A DNA stretch of 64,000 bases. It comes from an uncultured Lachnospiraceae bacterium (GTDB lineage: Bacteria > Bacillota > Clostridia > Lachnospirales > Lachnospiraceae). Positions 43,101 through 52,069 of the stretch are shown in pieces. The stretch covers positions 40,601-104,600 of the forward strand of contig CACZBZ010000002.1 in assembly GCA_902779505.1 (NCBI GenBank). The letters run 5' to 3'. Below the pieces are notes generated by a model that did no database searches, was not told where the DNA came from, and worked only from the letters and a program-made list of their open reading frames with translations. Both the position numbers and the translations under genes were made by a program. Position 1 is the first letter of the stretch; each line of letters opens with the position of its first letter.

Positions 43101-44435
43101 AAAGAGCTGCTCAGCCGCGGATAAAACTGCTACAGCAAGCATTATCAGATAGAGTAAAATCGTTTCTTTTTTACATACACCGCTTATGTCAAGAGTAGCA
43201 AATGCCTGGGCGAAACTAAGTCTCTTAATATATGCAAAGACAAATATAGCCGCTGCCGCTGCAATGCATATAATGGACAGCAGGATGTTAATGCTCTTTT
43301 TATCTGTAAGTTTTTCTTTTTTTGATGATTCATTAATAAGATCTGCCGCAAGCAGAATACCCAGCCATACTACAGTGTATCCGTATCTTACGGGGAAGCA
43401 CTGATAAGATCCCAGATGCCACAAGAGATTGGAAGGTTCAAGGATAACCGTAATCAACATTACTGCCAGAGCCGTTATCAGACCCTTCCGGCTTCGGATG
43501 ATTTCAATCGTATCCTTTTTCAGTATCAAAATCGAAGCGATAATCAGGCCAACTACCACAGAATTGGATATCTCCATAATCCTCTCAAGTATATTGTCAA
43601 GGCCGTGATGGGTTATGACCGTAACTATGGATGAATTCTGGGTTGATCTTGCGGAATCGAGTATGTTGATTACTGCCGGAAGTGTCGAAAAAGCCGACAG
43701 AAGTATTGATACCACAAAAGACATACCGCAGATAAGACATTTATGCCCATTTATCTTAATGTTTTTTCCTTCTCTCTTTTCATTGAGAATATAGCATGTG
43801 CTGTAGACAAAGGAAAACAGACAAAGCTGTATTCCAAACTGCAGACTGATAACAAAGATATAAGAAAGTAAGATGATAAACAGAAAAGGCTTTTCCTCTT
43901 CCAACATTCTCTTTAATGCAAGAAAGAAAAGAGGAAACAGCACCACTATATACATCCAGCGAATGATCTCGTACTGATAGGCCATATAATATGACATGCC
44001 GTAGCTAACCGATAAAGCAATCCTTATCCATCTGCCGGTCTTGTCGGCAAGTTTATTCAGTGCGAAGTTGGCCGTCAAAGATGCTGTCACCACATAAAGA
44101 ATGACAAGAACATTGACTGCTTTGTAAAGATTGGCTCTTCCGAATAAAAGTAGCAAATAATTAAAAGGATTGAGAACTTCTGTTAGTGTATCCGAATACA
44201 GATTGATACCGCCACCCAGATGAAGATCCATGGCAAAGTGCTTTGTTCCTGTCACAACATCATAGAAACGGTAAAGAAGAGGTATGTACTGTGAATTCAG
44301 ATCGAGGGCTGCAACAGAGCCGCCTCCGAAAGGGAAGAAACCGTCAAGGACATACACAATAAAAAGGGATAGCATCACTATCCCTGCTGTTATAAGCATT
44401 TCTTTTAATTGTTTTTTACTGTCTTTTCTTTCCAT
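40134..44435 (-). CDS. Fusion: YfhO-family GT-C membrane glycosyltransferase plus F5/8 type C (CBM32) plus GH20 hexosaminidase
   Basis: LDLNSQYIPL, NPFNYL, FPVRY, MAYVKGW (YfhO-like); AADGD..SRWSS, IFWE, RFIRL, EMEVY (discoidin); DYPEYAVRGFVLDAAR, VPEIDTPAH, HLGTDE (GH20). Confidence 0.85.
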   Translation of the reverse strand: MERKDSKKQLKEMLITAGIVMLSLFIVYVLDGFFPFGGGSVAALDLNSQYIPLLYRFYDVVTGTKHFAMDLHLGGGINLYSDTLTEVLNPFNYLLLLFGRANLYKAVNVLVILYVVTASLTANFALNKLADKTGRWIRIALSVSYGMSYYMAYQYEIIRWMYIVVLFPLFFLALKRMLEEEKPFLFIILLSYIFVISLQFGIQLCLFSFVYSTCYILNEKREGKNIKINGHKCLICGMSFVVSILLSAFSTLPAVINILDSARSTQNSSIVTVITHHGLDNILERIMEISNSVVVGLIIASILILKKDTIEIIRSRKGLITALAVMLITVILEPSNLLWHLGSYQCFPVRYGYTVVWLGILLAADLINESSKKEKLTDKKSINILLSIICIAAAAAIFVFAYIKRLSFAQAFATLDISGVCKKETILLYLIMLAVAVLSAAEQLFARDRISEIKITFLSALMGAVWFMLVFFPQTSEARQLNEDNYRQMNSLYSVDEESEYKGHIREIEGQPLNKALISGEYSMSAYVPSGESKEYVSTMNNLGYETPWISVTSYGGSSLSDRLLGLDGEYTGAIVVSKEEYGDIRTVSDYSELLEEKQPVSMLFDNKKGHVTVQSDGEMTGLILLPMAYVKGWESPQGKVTEHLGGLLAIELDGSCKIAELDYSVPGLMSGFAVSLIGVLLAIGLGFLFVKLPVFDRIAKAVYITATLVFLLFIYILPNIGLLVFMGAKAAGKDIAPYLESVKAEDSSVHTLLNQTVEEDGIHVLIGRNNLMNDKGVKLSSSDDESGYFRASKAADGDNSKDSRWSSVNDWDNCDHYLQADFKTAKNIKAVKIFWERTNPSHYYIELSDDGKNWKAVSEFDKTPETNPQTIYYEDGIQGRFIRLHVTDVAKNEEDASLYYQNVSVNEMEVYDDECDSFVIKTPVLTDGKNRQIPIPEVPEGYVLKIGGINYDNLLIDKKTFADTIDDVEINLGYELYCGYQEWDIKGFDILLPASEKNEGDSFGFSDTSVREWKKEDGKLSFVGREKDIEALKERKDSDLLDVAVKELDYLGDEGYEIRIENDKIGLYANNDRGLYWGRVTLSHMINENADSWDCGTIRDYPEYAVRGFVLDAARREIPMEMLYRMLDLLADNYMNTFQIHLSDNAIISMSEYDGTVEGARELPSAFRLESDISEGGENLTSNFHYSNEEFAAFIEDAKKVGIDVVPEIDTPAHSLAIAKLYPELAYNDYPELADTLDVSKPEVLDFTTGLWSDYLTGDDALFEDCNVLHLGTDEFYGDDEAYSKYVASLCKSVKAMAEDKDIRIWSSVSYNDMDTASIDKNVQMMIWSAFWADPLEVYNSGFGVINCMSSNLYIIVGSGSDRLDMDNLKEKWEPNLFYDEDVYEEIAEWSPRMLGACYSLWNDNYEHDDEGIYDRFSEPINVISEKLWNRE

Positions 44436-44449
44436 TTATACTCTATCTG

Positions 44450-45718
44450 CTAAAAACACCATACCCCGCACATGATTGTACTTAAGATAGCAAACACTCC
44501 CAGACTCAGATTAAAGACCGTCTTTAAGGTCTTTGATCTCAGTTTCTCATAAGATAAGGCCAGAGCCGTCACTGTAAACAGAAGTGTTATCTCTATATAT
44601 CTGAAATGCATACTGCACTGTTGCGGATATTTATATGCAAATAAAAGATAGCTGATCATGACAACTATGTATCCGCTGATAAAAAGCAGCTTGTACAAAG
44701 GATTATAAGATACTGTATTCTCCGATGAATCCTTAATAACAAAGGCTTTAATCATACATATAAAGGCGATTAATGCAATAAACATTCCGACAAACATCAG
44801 AAGTACCGCGATTATCTTGACAGACTTAGCCACATCGGCCATGTCCCATTCTCCCAGGACGGAAGTACGCATGATCTGCATCCATACGTTATAACCGCAT
44901 CCTATCCTGAAATGAGCTATATTATCTATCAGTTCCGAAGCTATGGGCCAAAGGAATCTGTTGATCACGGAGTAGTTACCTGTATACTGCCAGCTGTCCG
45001 TTCCAATATCATAGACCCAAAGAATACTCATATCGTATTTGATGAGATTCCTGATATAAAACCACATTCCCAAGGGTATCGATACAAGAGCTGCTATTAG
45101 GGAATGCCAACTCCGCCACATTCTGCTTAGTTGATATACCCAGGCCGAGAAAAATCGCAAGAAGCGTAATGCTTGAGACGTTCCTTTTTTCAAGCCAAAG
45201 CATTGTCATCAATATGCTGAGCACAGAAAACATCAACGCCATACAGTCATTGTTCACACTGCCGGAGAGCATGATGAGGGACGGATGAAAGCACAAAAGC
45301 GCCATTCCGAAAGAGATTCCCTTATCTGTCATCCCGAACATCTTCATTATCTTAAACGCCGATAAAAGAATAACAATGGAACAGATAAAAGGCACCCACT
45401 GCATGGATTCTTCTATAATATCCGTATTGCTTGTGAATAAGCTCACAAATCTCATAAAAAGAGCTGAGACAAAATGATGAAATGGCGGATGATGGAATTG
45501 ATAAACAGTTGTGGGATCAACATCGTACCTATATCGTACTGTCTGTCATAAATGGTGCTTTTTAAGACATAGACAAGTCTTATGAGTATTCCTGCTGCCG
45601 TTATGACTGCCGCCATAGATCTATTCAGTTTCTCATGTCCGGACTTATTAGTTTCCATGTGTTTTTCGATTAATTCCGTTACTCCCAAAGTCATTGCAAC
45701 TATTGATAATAGTAGCAT
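44450..45718 (-). pseudogene. Frameshifted GT-C (PMT_2/GT39-like) membrane glycosyltransferase
   Basis: One protein spread over three frames: YDRQYDIG | DVDPTTVYQFHHPPFHH...SVNND...STKQN..ELAFP | IAALVSIPLGMWFYIRN...CSMHFRYI; shifts near 45525 and 45098. Confidence 0.75.
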
Positions 45719-45763
45719 TTTACGGCCGACTTTTCAATTAAGGGGCATCGTAAAAAAGGCAAC

Positions 45764-45791
45764 AAAAAAGGGATTGAATTCTCAATCCCTT
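45764..45791 (-). terminator. tRNA terminator
   Basis: AAGGGATTGA-attc-TCAATCCCTT stem with a U tract on the minus strand. Confidence 0.85.
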
Positions 45792-45794
45792 AAG

Positions 45795-45867
45795 CAGCGC
45801 TACTTGGATTCGAACCAAGAAAATGACGGAGTCAGAGTCCGTTGCCTTACCATTTGGCGATAGCGCT
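45795..45867 (-). tRNA. tRNA-Gln (anticodon CTG), CCA not encoded
   Basis: AGCGCTA/TAGCGCT acceptor stem, GCCAAATGGTAAGGC D arm, ACGGA-CTCTGAC-TCCGT anticodon arm, GGTTCGAATCC T arm. Confidence 0.97.
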
Positions 45868-45897
45868 ATATATGATGTGCCAATCGGCACAATCGAT

Positions 45898-45926
45898 ATA
45901 TTACTATATTTTTCTACACAATGCAA
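45898..45926 (-). promoter_or_regulatory. sigma-A promoter of tRNA-Gln
   Basis: Minus strand TTGCAT-17bp-TAATAT. Confidence 0.6.
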
Positions 45927-45935
45927 GTCTTTTTA

Positions 45936-46655
45936 TTAATTAGTATTTTCCCCGTTTTTAAGGTTATTGACACCAAGGAGCTCCTTGTGCTCTTCAAGAA
46001 TGCCCTTCCATGGATTTGCCGGGTCAGGATCTGTGGGATCCCATCCGTTTTTGTATTCTCCACTAAGCTCGGACACGTATTTTACAGGCTTTCCCCATAC
46101 TCCGGGAGTTGATTCATCCGAATATACCGTAACATAGGTTCCGGGAGCACAGTTATCATATATCCATTTTGCATCCGCAACCTGAAGTCTGACACAGCCG
46201 AGAGACGCTTTTTCCCCAAGAGAATTGTATTCTTCTTCCATCAAAGTAGAGGCGTCCTCTGCCTTATAGCATACCGAATGGAACATTACGCCCCCGTTAA
46301 ATCCGCATGCATACTGGGCATATGAATTATCCTTCATCAGTCTCCATCTGTATTTGTTCTTGCCCATTGTGTAAGTTCCTCTGGGTGTCATATGAGGAGT
46401 CTTACCTGTCGAACAAATAAAAGCTTTTATGGGCAATGTATAGTAGCCCTTTTCATCAAGCGCGTAAACAGTAACGGTATCGTAATACCTGTTCACCATT
46501 ATATAGAATGGATTGCCGTTGCTCTTTGTTGTCTTGGCAGCAATTGCAGCACTGTTCTCTGCCGCCTCAGTAGCCCTTACTTCACGTGAGCCCAAAAAGC
46601 TCACCGACAATATGCATATTAATAATAAAACCGATCTTGCTAATACTTTCTTCAT
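45936..46655 (-). CDS. L,D-transpeptidase (YkuD domain)
   Basis: Signal peptide, CSTG..TP.G, MFHS...SLGCVRL catalytic His/Cys; probable start MKKVLA at 46655. Confidence 0.9.
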   Translation of the reverse strand: MKKVLARSVLLLICILSVSFLGSREVRATEAAENSAAIAAKTTKSNGNPFYIMVNRYYDTVTVYALDEKGYYTLPIKAFICSTGKTPHMTPRGTYTMGKNKYRWRLMKDNSYAQYACGFNGGVMFHSVCYKAEDASTLMEEEYNSLGEKASLGCVRLQVADAKWIYDNCAPGTYVTVYSDESTPGVWGKPVKYVSELSGEYKNGWDPTDPDPANPWKGILEEHKELLGVNNLKNGENTN

Positions 46656-46731
46656 ATATACTCCCGTGGACAACACATGAAGAATATATAGTATATGCAT
46701 AACTTCGTCAAGAGTCTTTAAGTATAGTAAA

Positions 46732-47538
46732 TCAGTTTCTTTTTGAAAAACGATAAAAGGCTACGGCACTTGCCGCGGCAACGTTAAGGGAGTCCACTCC
46801 GTGCTCCATGGGAATTATCGCTTTGTAGTCACTGTTAAGAACTGTTTTGTCCGACAGTCCGTCCCCTTCTGTTCCGAGAATAAGCGCCAGTTTATCTATG
46901 GATGAGAATACAGGATCATCTATATCTTTTGCGTCTTCCTTCAATGCCAAAGATACTGTCTTGTAGTCCATATCGTGCAGAGTTATGTTAACCTCATCCC
47001 CAATGTATGTCCAAGGTATTTGAAAGACGGTCCCCATACTTACTCTGGCCGCTCTTCTGTATAAGGGGTCGGAACATGCTTTGGTAAGCAATACGGCGTC
47101 CATACCAAGAGCTGCTGCCGATCTGAATATTGCTCCCACATTTGTAGGATTCATAACGTCTTCAAGGACAACGATTCTATTCATGTCTTTGCAGATGTCT
47201 TCCGCGGACGGCAGGCTTTTCCTTCTCATGGCACAGAGCATTCCTCTGGCCAGTTCGTAACCTGTCATCTTTACCAGTTCTTCGTAGGGAGCAGTGAATA
47301 TCGGTACATCCCCGATTGCTTTCAGTATCTCCTCGTTTTCGCCGTCGGTCTTCCCCTTTTCCAAAAGAACGGATAATGGTTCATAGCCTGCCATCAGTGC
47401 TCTTTTTATCACTTTCGGACTCTCAGCTATAAATATTCCGGGGTCGGGTTCATAATATGTTTTTAGTTCTCTTTCAGAATAGGACCGGAAGATTTTCAGT
47501 TCTTCCAGTCCTATATCATTGATTTCTATGAAATTCAT
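46732..47538 (-). CDS. TrmH/SpoU family RNA methyltransferase
   Basis: NPTNVGAIFRSAAA, GTEGDGL, IPM..VDSLNVAAA. Confidence 0.93.
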   Translation of the reverse strand: MNFIEINDIGLEELKIFRSYSERELKTYYEPDPGIFIAESPKVIKRALMAGYEPLSVLLEKGKTDGENEEILKAIGDVPIFTAPYEELVKMTGYELARGMLCAMRRKSLPSAEDICKDMNRIVVLEDVMNPTNVGAIFRSAAALGMDAVLLTKACSDPLYRRAARVSMGTVFQIPWTYIGDEVNITLHDMDYKTVSLALKEDAKDIDDPVFSSIDKLALILGTEGDGLSDKTVLNSDYKAIIPMEHGVDSLNVAAASAVAFYRFSKRN

Positions 47539-47546
47539 TATTCCTT

Positions 47547-49658
47547 TTATACTTCAAACATCAGATCCGCATATGTAGGGAAAGGCCAGTAGTCTTTTCC
47601 GACTACTCTCTCCAGCTCATCTGCCGGCTTTCTGAGTTCTTCCATAGCGGGTACAACTTTTTCTCTGTAATAGCGTGCCTGCTCAGGACCTCTGTCCATA
47701 GCTGCACCCTTCTTCTCTATGCTGCTGAGATTAACTCTTGCGCTCTGTACCAAGTTCAGAAGACCTGTAACTCTCTTAAGAAGAGCAGTTGCCGCTTCGT
47801 CATCTCCGCCTGCTGCCTTTATGGCATTGACAGATGCCGCCAGATCACCTGCATATTTGATAACCGCGGGAACAATCTGCTTATTAGCCATGTCAACCAT
47901 GGTAAGAGCTTCTATATTAATAGTCTTAGCATAGATTTCGTAGAGTATCTCTTCTCTTGATTCCAGTTCGGCTTTTGTAAATATTCCGAATTTCTCAAAG
48001 AGTTTTATTGATTTTTCCGTTGTAAGAGCAGGAATTGCCTCAACCATCGAAGGTATATTGGGAAGGCCTCTTCTCTCGGCTTCCTTGACCCATTCTGCGG
48101 AATAACCGTCACCGTTGAATATTATTCTCTGGTGCTTTGTCATATATTCCTTGATAATGTCATGAATTGCCATATCAAGATCGTCCGCTGCCTCAAGTCT
48201 GTCAGCCGCTTCACAGAAAGCTTCCGCAACAATTGCATTGAGTATGGTATTGGGACTTCCTATTGAGTCACCGCTTCCCACATTACGGAATTCAAATTTG
48301 TTACCTGTAAAAGCAAAAGGTGATGTACGGTTTCTGTCCGTTGCATCTCTTTCAAAATCAGGAAGTGTAGATACACCTGTCTGAAGAGTTCCTCCTTCTT
48401 TAAGGTTCTCTGCCATACCTGTCTCTACCAGCTGATTTACCACATCCTCCAGCTGCTCTCCAAGGAACATGGATATAATTGCAGGAGGTGCTTCAAAACC
48501 TCCCAATCTCAGGTCATTACCAACATCGGATGCACTCTGTCTTAAAAGATCCGCATGTGTATCAACAGCCTTCATTATGCAGGCAAGTACAAGAAGGAAC
48601 TGAACATTTTCATTGGGAGATACGCCGGGCTCAAGAAGGTTTATGCCATCATCTGTTGTAATTGACCAGTTGTTATGTTTACCTGATCCGTTTACTCCCG
48701 CAAAAGGCTTCTCATGTAAAAGGCATCTGAGACCATGCTTTCCGGCAACCCTCTTTAAGGTCTCCATTACAAGCTGATTGTGGTCTACCGCAATATTTGA
48801 AGGCTCGTATATCGGTGCCAGTTCGTGCTGGGCAGGTGCTGCCTCATTATGTTGAGTCTTGGCTGTTACACCCAGTTTCCAGAGCTCAACGTTGACGTCT
48901 CTCATGAAAGCGCCGATACGCTCTCGTATTACACCGAAATAATGGTCGTCCATCTCCTGTCCCTTGGGTGCAGGTGATCCAAAAAGTGTACGTCCCGCAA
49001 ATATCAGATCCTCTCTCTCGAGAGCTTTCTGCTGATCAACAATAAAATATTCCTGTTCCGCTCCGACTGAGGCATATACATGTTTTGCAGTTGTATTGCC
49101 AAAGAGTCTGACTATCCTGATGGCCTGCTTGTCAAGCGCTTCAAGAGATCTTAAAAGCGGTGTCTTTTTATCAAGTGCCTCACCTGTGTATGAGCAGAAT
49201 GCTGTGGGAATACATAAGGTTGGGCCTGTTGCCGTTTCCTTAATGAAAGCAGGTGATGTAAGATCCCATGCTGTATATCCTCTGGCCTCAAAAGTTGCTC
49301 TTAATCCGCCTGAAGGGAAAGATGATGCATCGGGCTCACCTTTTATAAGCTCTTTACCTCTGAAATCCATAATCACTTTGCCGTCAGCATCCGGATGTGA
49401 CACAAAGGAATCATGTTTTTCCGCTGTAATACCCGTAAGAGGCTGGAACCAATGAGTATAGTGAGTTGCTCCTTTTTCAATAGCCCATTCTTTCATAGCA
49501 TTTGCAACGATATCGGCTGTTTTTATGGAGAGCTCTCCACCGTTTTCGATGATGTTCTCTACTTCGTCGAAAGCCTCCTTTGGAAGTCTTTCTCGCATGA
49601 CACCCATTGAAAAAACATTCGTTCCAAATATCTCTTCAACATTAACTTTTTCGTTCAT
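47547..49658 (-). CDS. Glutamine synthetase type III
   Basis: [57 protein letters not shown]. Confidence 0.97.
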   Translation of the reverse strand: MNEKVNVEEIFGTNVFSMGVMRERLPKEAFDEVENIIENGGELSIKTADIVANAMKEWAIEKGATHYTHWFQPLTGITAEKHDSFVSHPDADGKVIMDFRGKELIKGEPDASSFPSGGLRATFEARGYTAWDLTSPAFIKETATGPTLCIPTAFCSYTGEALDKKTPLLRSLEALDKQAIRIVRLFGNTTAKHVYASVGAEQEYFIVDQQKALEREDLIFAGRTLFGSPAPKGQEMDDHYFGVIRERIGAFMRDVNVELWKLGVTAKTQHNEAAPAQHELAPIYEPSNIAVDHNQLVMETLKRVAGKHGLRCLLHEKPFAGVNGSGKHNNWSITTDDGINLLEPGVSPNENVQFLLVLACIMKAVDTHADLLRQSASDVGNDLRLGGFEAPPAIISMFLGEQLEDVVNQLVETGMAENLKEGGTLQTGVSTLPDFERDATDRNRTSPFAFTGNKFEFRNVGSGDSIGSPNTILNAIVAEAFCEAADRLEAADDLDMAIHDIIKEYMTKHQRIIFNGDGYSAEWVKEAERRGLPNIPSMVEAIPALTTEKSIKLFEKFGIFTKAELESREEILYEIYAKTINIEALTMVDMANKQIVPAVIKYAGDLAASVNAIKAAGGDDEAATALLKRVTGLLNLVQSARVNLSSIEKKGAAMDRGPEQARYYREKVVPAMEELRKPADELERVVGKDYWPFPTYADLMFEV

Positions 49659-49684
49659 TGTGTTCCCTCATCTTTTCTTTCGAT

Positions 49685-50917
49685 TTATTCTTCTTTAGAA
49701 ACGCGTAATATATCATAAGCATCCGGTGTCTCTGACAACAGGACACTTAATTTCTGCTGGGGATGCGGAGCCGAATCCACTTCCGTTCCCGTCTTATCAT
49801 CAAGGATCTTAAGCACCTTGGCTTCGATGTTGCGACCGTCCGGCTTCATTATCTCAATGACATCGTCTTTGCAGAACTTGTTTCGCTGTTCTATATGGGC
49901 ATATCCCTCGCCATCCACTTCGTATACGATTCCAAGGTATATATATTCATTAATATATGTATTGGAATCATATATCTGTGCTTCATCCGTCGGCTTACCG
50001 TAATAGAAACCTGTTGTGAACTGTCTGTAAGTGCACTTAGAGATCTCGGCCTTGTACCAGTCCATGTTGGCCTTGTATTTTTCGGGATCCTCCAGATAGT
50101 CATCAATGGCTTTTCTGTATGTACGGGCAACCGTAGCAACATAAAGGGCGGTCTTCATTCGTCCTTCTATCTTGAAACTGTCTATTCCTGCATCGATAAG
50201 ATCCGGAATGTGTTCTATCATACACAGATCTTTGCTGTTAAATATGTAGGTACCTCTTTCGTTCTCATAGACGGGCAGGTACTCTCCGGGCCTCTGTTCC
50301 TCAACTACGGCATATTTCCAACGGCAGGGATGTGTGCATGCGCCCTGATTGGCATCTCGTCCTGTAAAATAGTTGCTGAGCAAGCATCTGCCGGAATAAG
50401 AGATACACATCGCTCCATGTATAAAGCTCTCTATCTCCATGTCATCCGGTATATTCTTTCTTATCTCTTTTATCTCTTCAAGAGACAGTTCTCTTGCCGT
50501 AACAACCCTCTTTGCTCCCTGTTCATACCAGAATTTGTATGTAAGGTAGTTGGTGTTGTTGGCCTGGGTTGACACATGTCTCTCTATCTCGGGACATATC
50601 TCTTTTGCCAAGCTGTACATTCCGGGGTCGGCAATGATAAGCGCATCAGGTCCTATGTCCTTCAGCTCCTTAAAATATTCCTTCGCTCCTTCAAGATCGT
50701 AATTGTGAGCAAGAATATTGGCGGTTACATGTACTCTCACACCATGCTCGTGGGCAAATTTTATTCCCTCTCTCATATCTTCGGGAGAAAAATTCTTAGC
50801 CTTGGCACGAAGGCCGAAGGCCTCTCCACCTATATATACGGCATCTGCTCCGAACATTACCGCTGTTTTCAAAACCTCCAGATTACTGGCCGGAATCAAT
50901 AATTCAGTCTTTCTCAT
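49685..50917 (-). CDS. U32 peptidase family (TrhP-like tRNA hydroxylation protein)
   Basis: GADAVYIG, HGAMCISYSGRCLLS, KIEGRMK; downstream of a TrmR-like gene. Confidence 0.9.
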   Translation of the reverse strand: MRKTELLIPASNLEVLKTAVMFGADAVYIGGEAFGLRAKAKNFSPEDMREGIKFAHEHGVRVHVTANILAHNYDLEGAKEYFKELKDIGPDALIIADPGMYSLAKEICPEIERHVSTQANNTNYLTYKFWYEQGAKRVVTARELSLEEIKEIRKNIPDDMEIESFIHGAMCISYSGRCLLSNYFTGRDANQGACTHPCRWKYAVVEEQRPGEYLPVYENERGTYIFNSKDLCMIEHIPDLIDAGIDSFKIEGRMKTALYVATVARTYRKAIDDYLEDPEKYKANMDWYKAEISKCTYRQFTTGFYYGKPTDEAQIYDSNTYINEYIYLGIVYEVDGEGYAHIEQRNKFCKDDVIEIMKPDGRNIEAKVLKILDDKTGTEVDSAPHPQQKLSVLLSETPDAYDILRVSKEE

Positions 50918-51570
50918 TTTTCCTCAAAGTCTGCTTCTTTATAGCTGACAGCACATCCGTCACCCACAGGCAGGATTGCCGTCATCAGTCCCTTCATATG
51001 TTTCAGTTCGTACAGATAGTCTCTCATGCGGGTATGAATGGTTCTGTCACGTCTGTTAACCGCGTATTTCGATTCGATTATCTCCCCGTCCTGAAGAACA
51101 TTGTCACTTAAAAGAATTCCGCCGGGTGCCAAGAGTCTGAAAAGATCCGGCAGAAAGTTGATATACTGGCCTTTGGCCGCGTCCATAAATATAAAATCAT
51201 AGACTCCGTCGAGTTCTGGAAGTATCTCCAGAGCATCTCCCTCCAAAAGTTCGATCTTGTCGCTTTTTCCGTACTTTTCAAAATTGGCTTTTGCGAGAGG
51301 AATCCTTTTTTCGTAATTCTCTATGGTTGTTATGTGGGCATCATTTCCCGCATATTCACTCATAAGCAAAGCCGAAAATCCTATGGCTGTTCCCACTTCC
51401 AGAATTTTCTTCGGTCTGTGGGCCTTCATAAGGAATTTCATATAACTCTGCATATCCTTACGAATAATAGGTACGTAGGTTTCCAGTGCGTATTTTTCCA
51501 ATTCGTCCAGATAAGGCGGATTGCCCGGGTCCAGTGAATTGATAAATGTTACCGTTCTTTCATCAAGCAT
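50914..51570 (-). CDS. O-methyltransferase (YrrM/TrmR-like)
   Basis: LEVGTAIGFS, DFIFMDAAKGQY, SDNVL; probable start MLDERT at 51570. Confidence 0.9.
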   Translation of the reverse strand: MLDERTVTFINSLDPGNPPYLDELEKYALETYVPIIRKDMQSYMKFLMKAHRPKKILEVGTAIGFSALLMSEYAGNDAHITTIENYEKRIPLAKANFEKYGKSDKIELLEGDALEILPELDGVYDFIFMDAAKGQYINFLPDLFRLLAPGGILLSDNVLQDGEIIESKYAVNRRDRTIHTRMRDYLYELKHMKGLMTAILPVGDGCAVSYKEADFEEK

Positions 51571-51574
51571 CTTT

Positions 51575-52066
51575 TTATTCCTGTGCTGTTTCTCCCGAGT
51601 CCTCGCCCGCTTCCTGATTGGTGACATCATTCATGGTATTCTCTGATTCAGCCTCAGTCTTGGCATCTTCTATGGGGTTTGAGTCCTCGGTAGACAACTC
51701 GAGTCCTTCTCCTGCCATGATTGCAATCATCTCTTCGGCAGTCATGGAAGTATTAAGGTCGTAGATGCCCGGGTTAATCTTGCCTGCATTCTCAGACAGT
51801 TTCTCCTGTATAACAAAGAGCTTCGCATCCCTGATGAGGCCCTTGTTTTCAAGCAGTTCTCCTATTTCTTTTGTTCCCATACCGGAACCTATGGTTACGG
51901 AGACAGTTCTTCCTTCTCCTTCCGTCATGGGCTTCTCACCGAACACCCTGTAGCCGTAGTCATATGCCGCCGTTGCATACCTGTATATGAACATGGCTGC
52001 AACAATAAGAACTATGACTTTAATGGCTATGGAAAAAACCGATGTGACTATGTCCTTAGTCTTCAT
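51575..52066 (-). CDS. Short MltG/YceG N-terminal-like membrane protein
   Basis: TM helix, IGELLENKGLI, PGIYDLNTSMT; occupies the mltG position but has no catalytic domain. Confidence 0.7.
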   Translation of the reverse strand: MKTKDIVTSVFSIAIKVIVLIVAAMFIYRYATAAYDYGYRVFGEKPMTEGEGRTVSVTIGSGMGTKEIGELLENKGLIRDAKLFVIQEKLSENAGKINPGIYDLNTSMTAEEMIAIMAGEGLELSTEDSNPIEDAKTEAESENTMNDVTNQEAGEDSGETAQE

Positions 52067-52069
52067 TCC

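Noticed and set aside
33232-45794. tRNA-Gln-integrated genomic island carrying the glycan/phosphonate genes
   Set aside because: The position at the tRNA 3' side is suggestive, but I found no integrase and no duplicated tRNA 3' end by eye, and no obvious compositional shift
45738-45926. Short ORFs across the tRNA (45738..45926 and 45582..45863)
   Set aside because: They overlap the tRNA-Gln gene and its terminator; spurious
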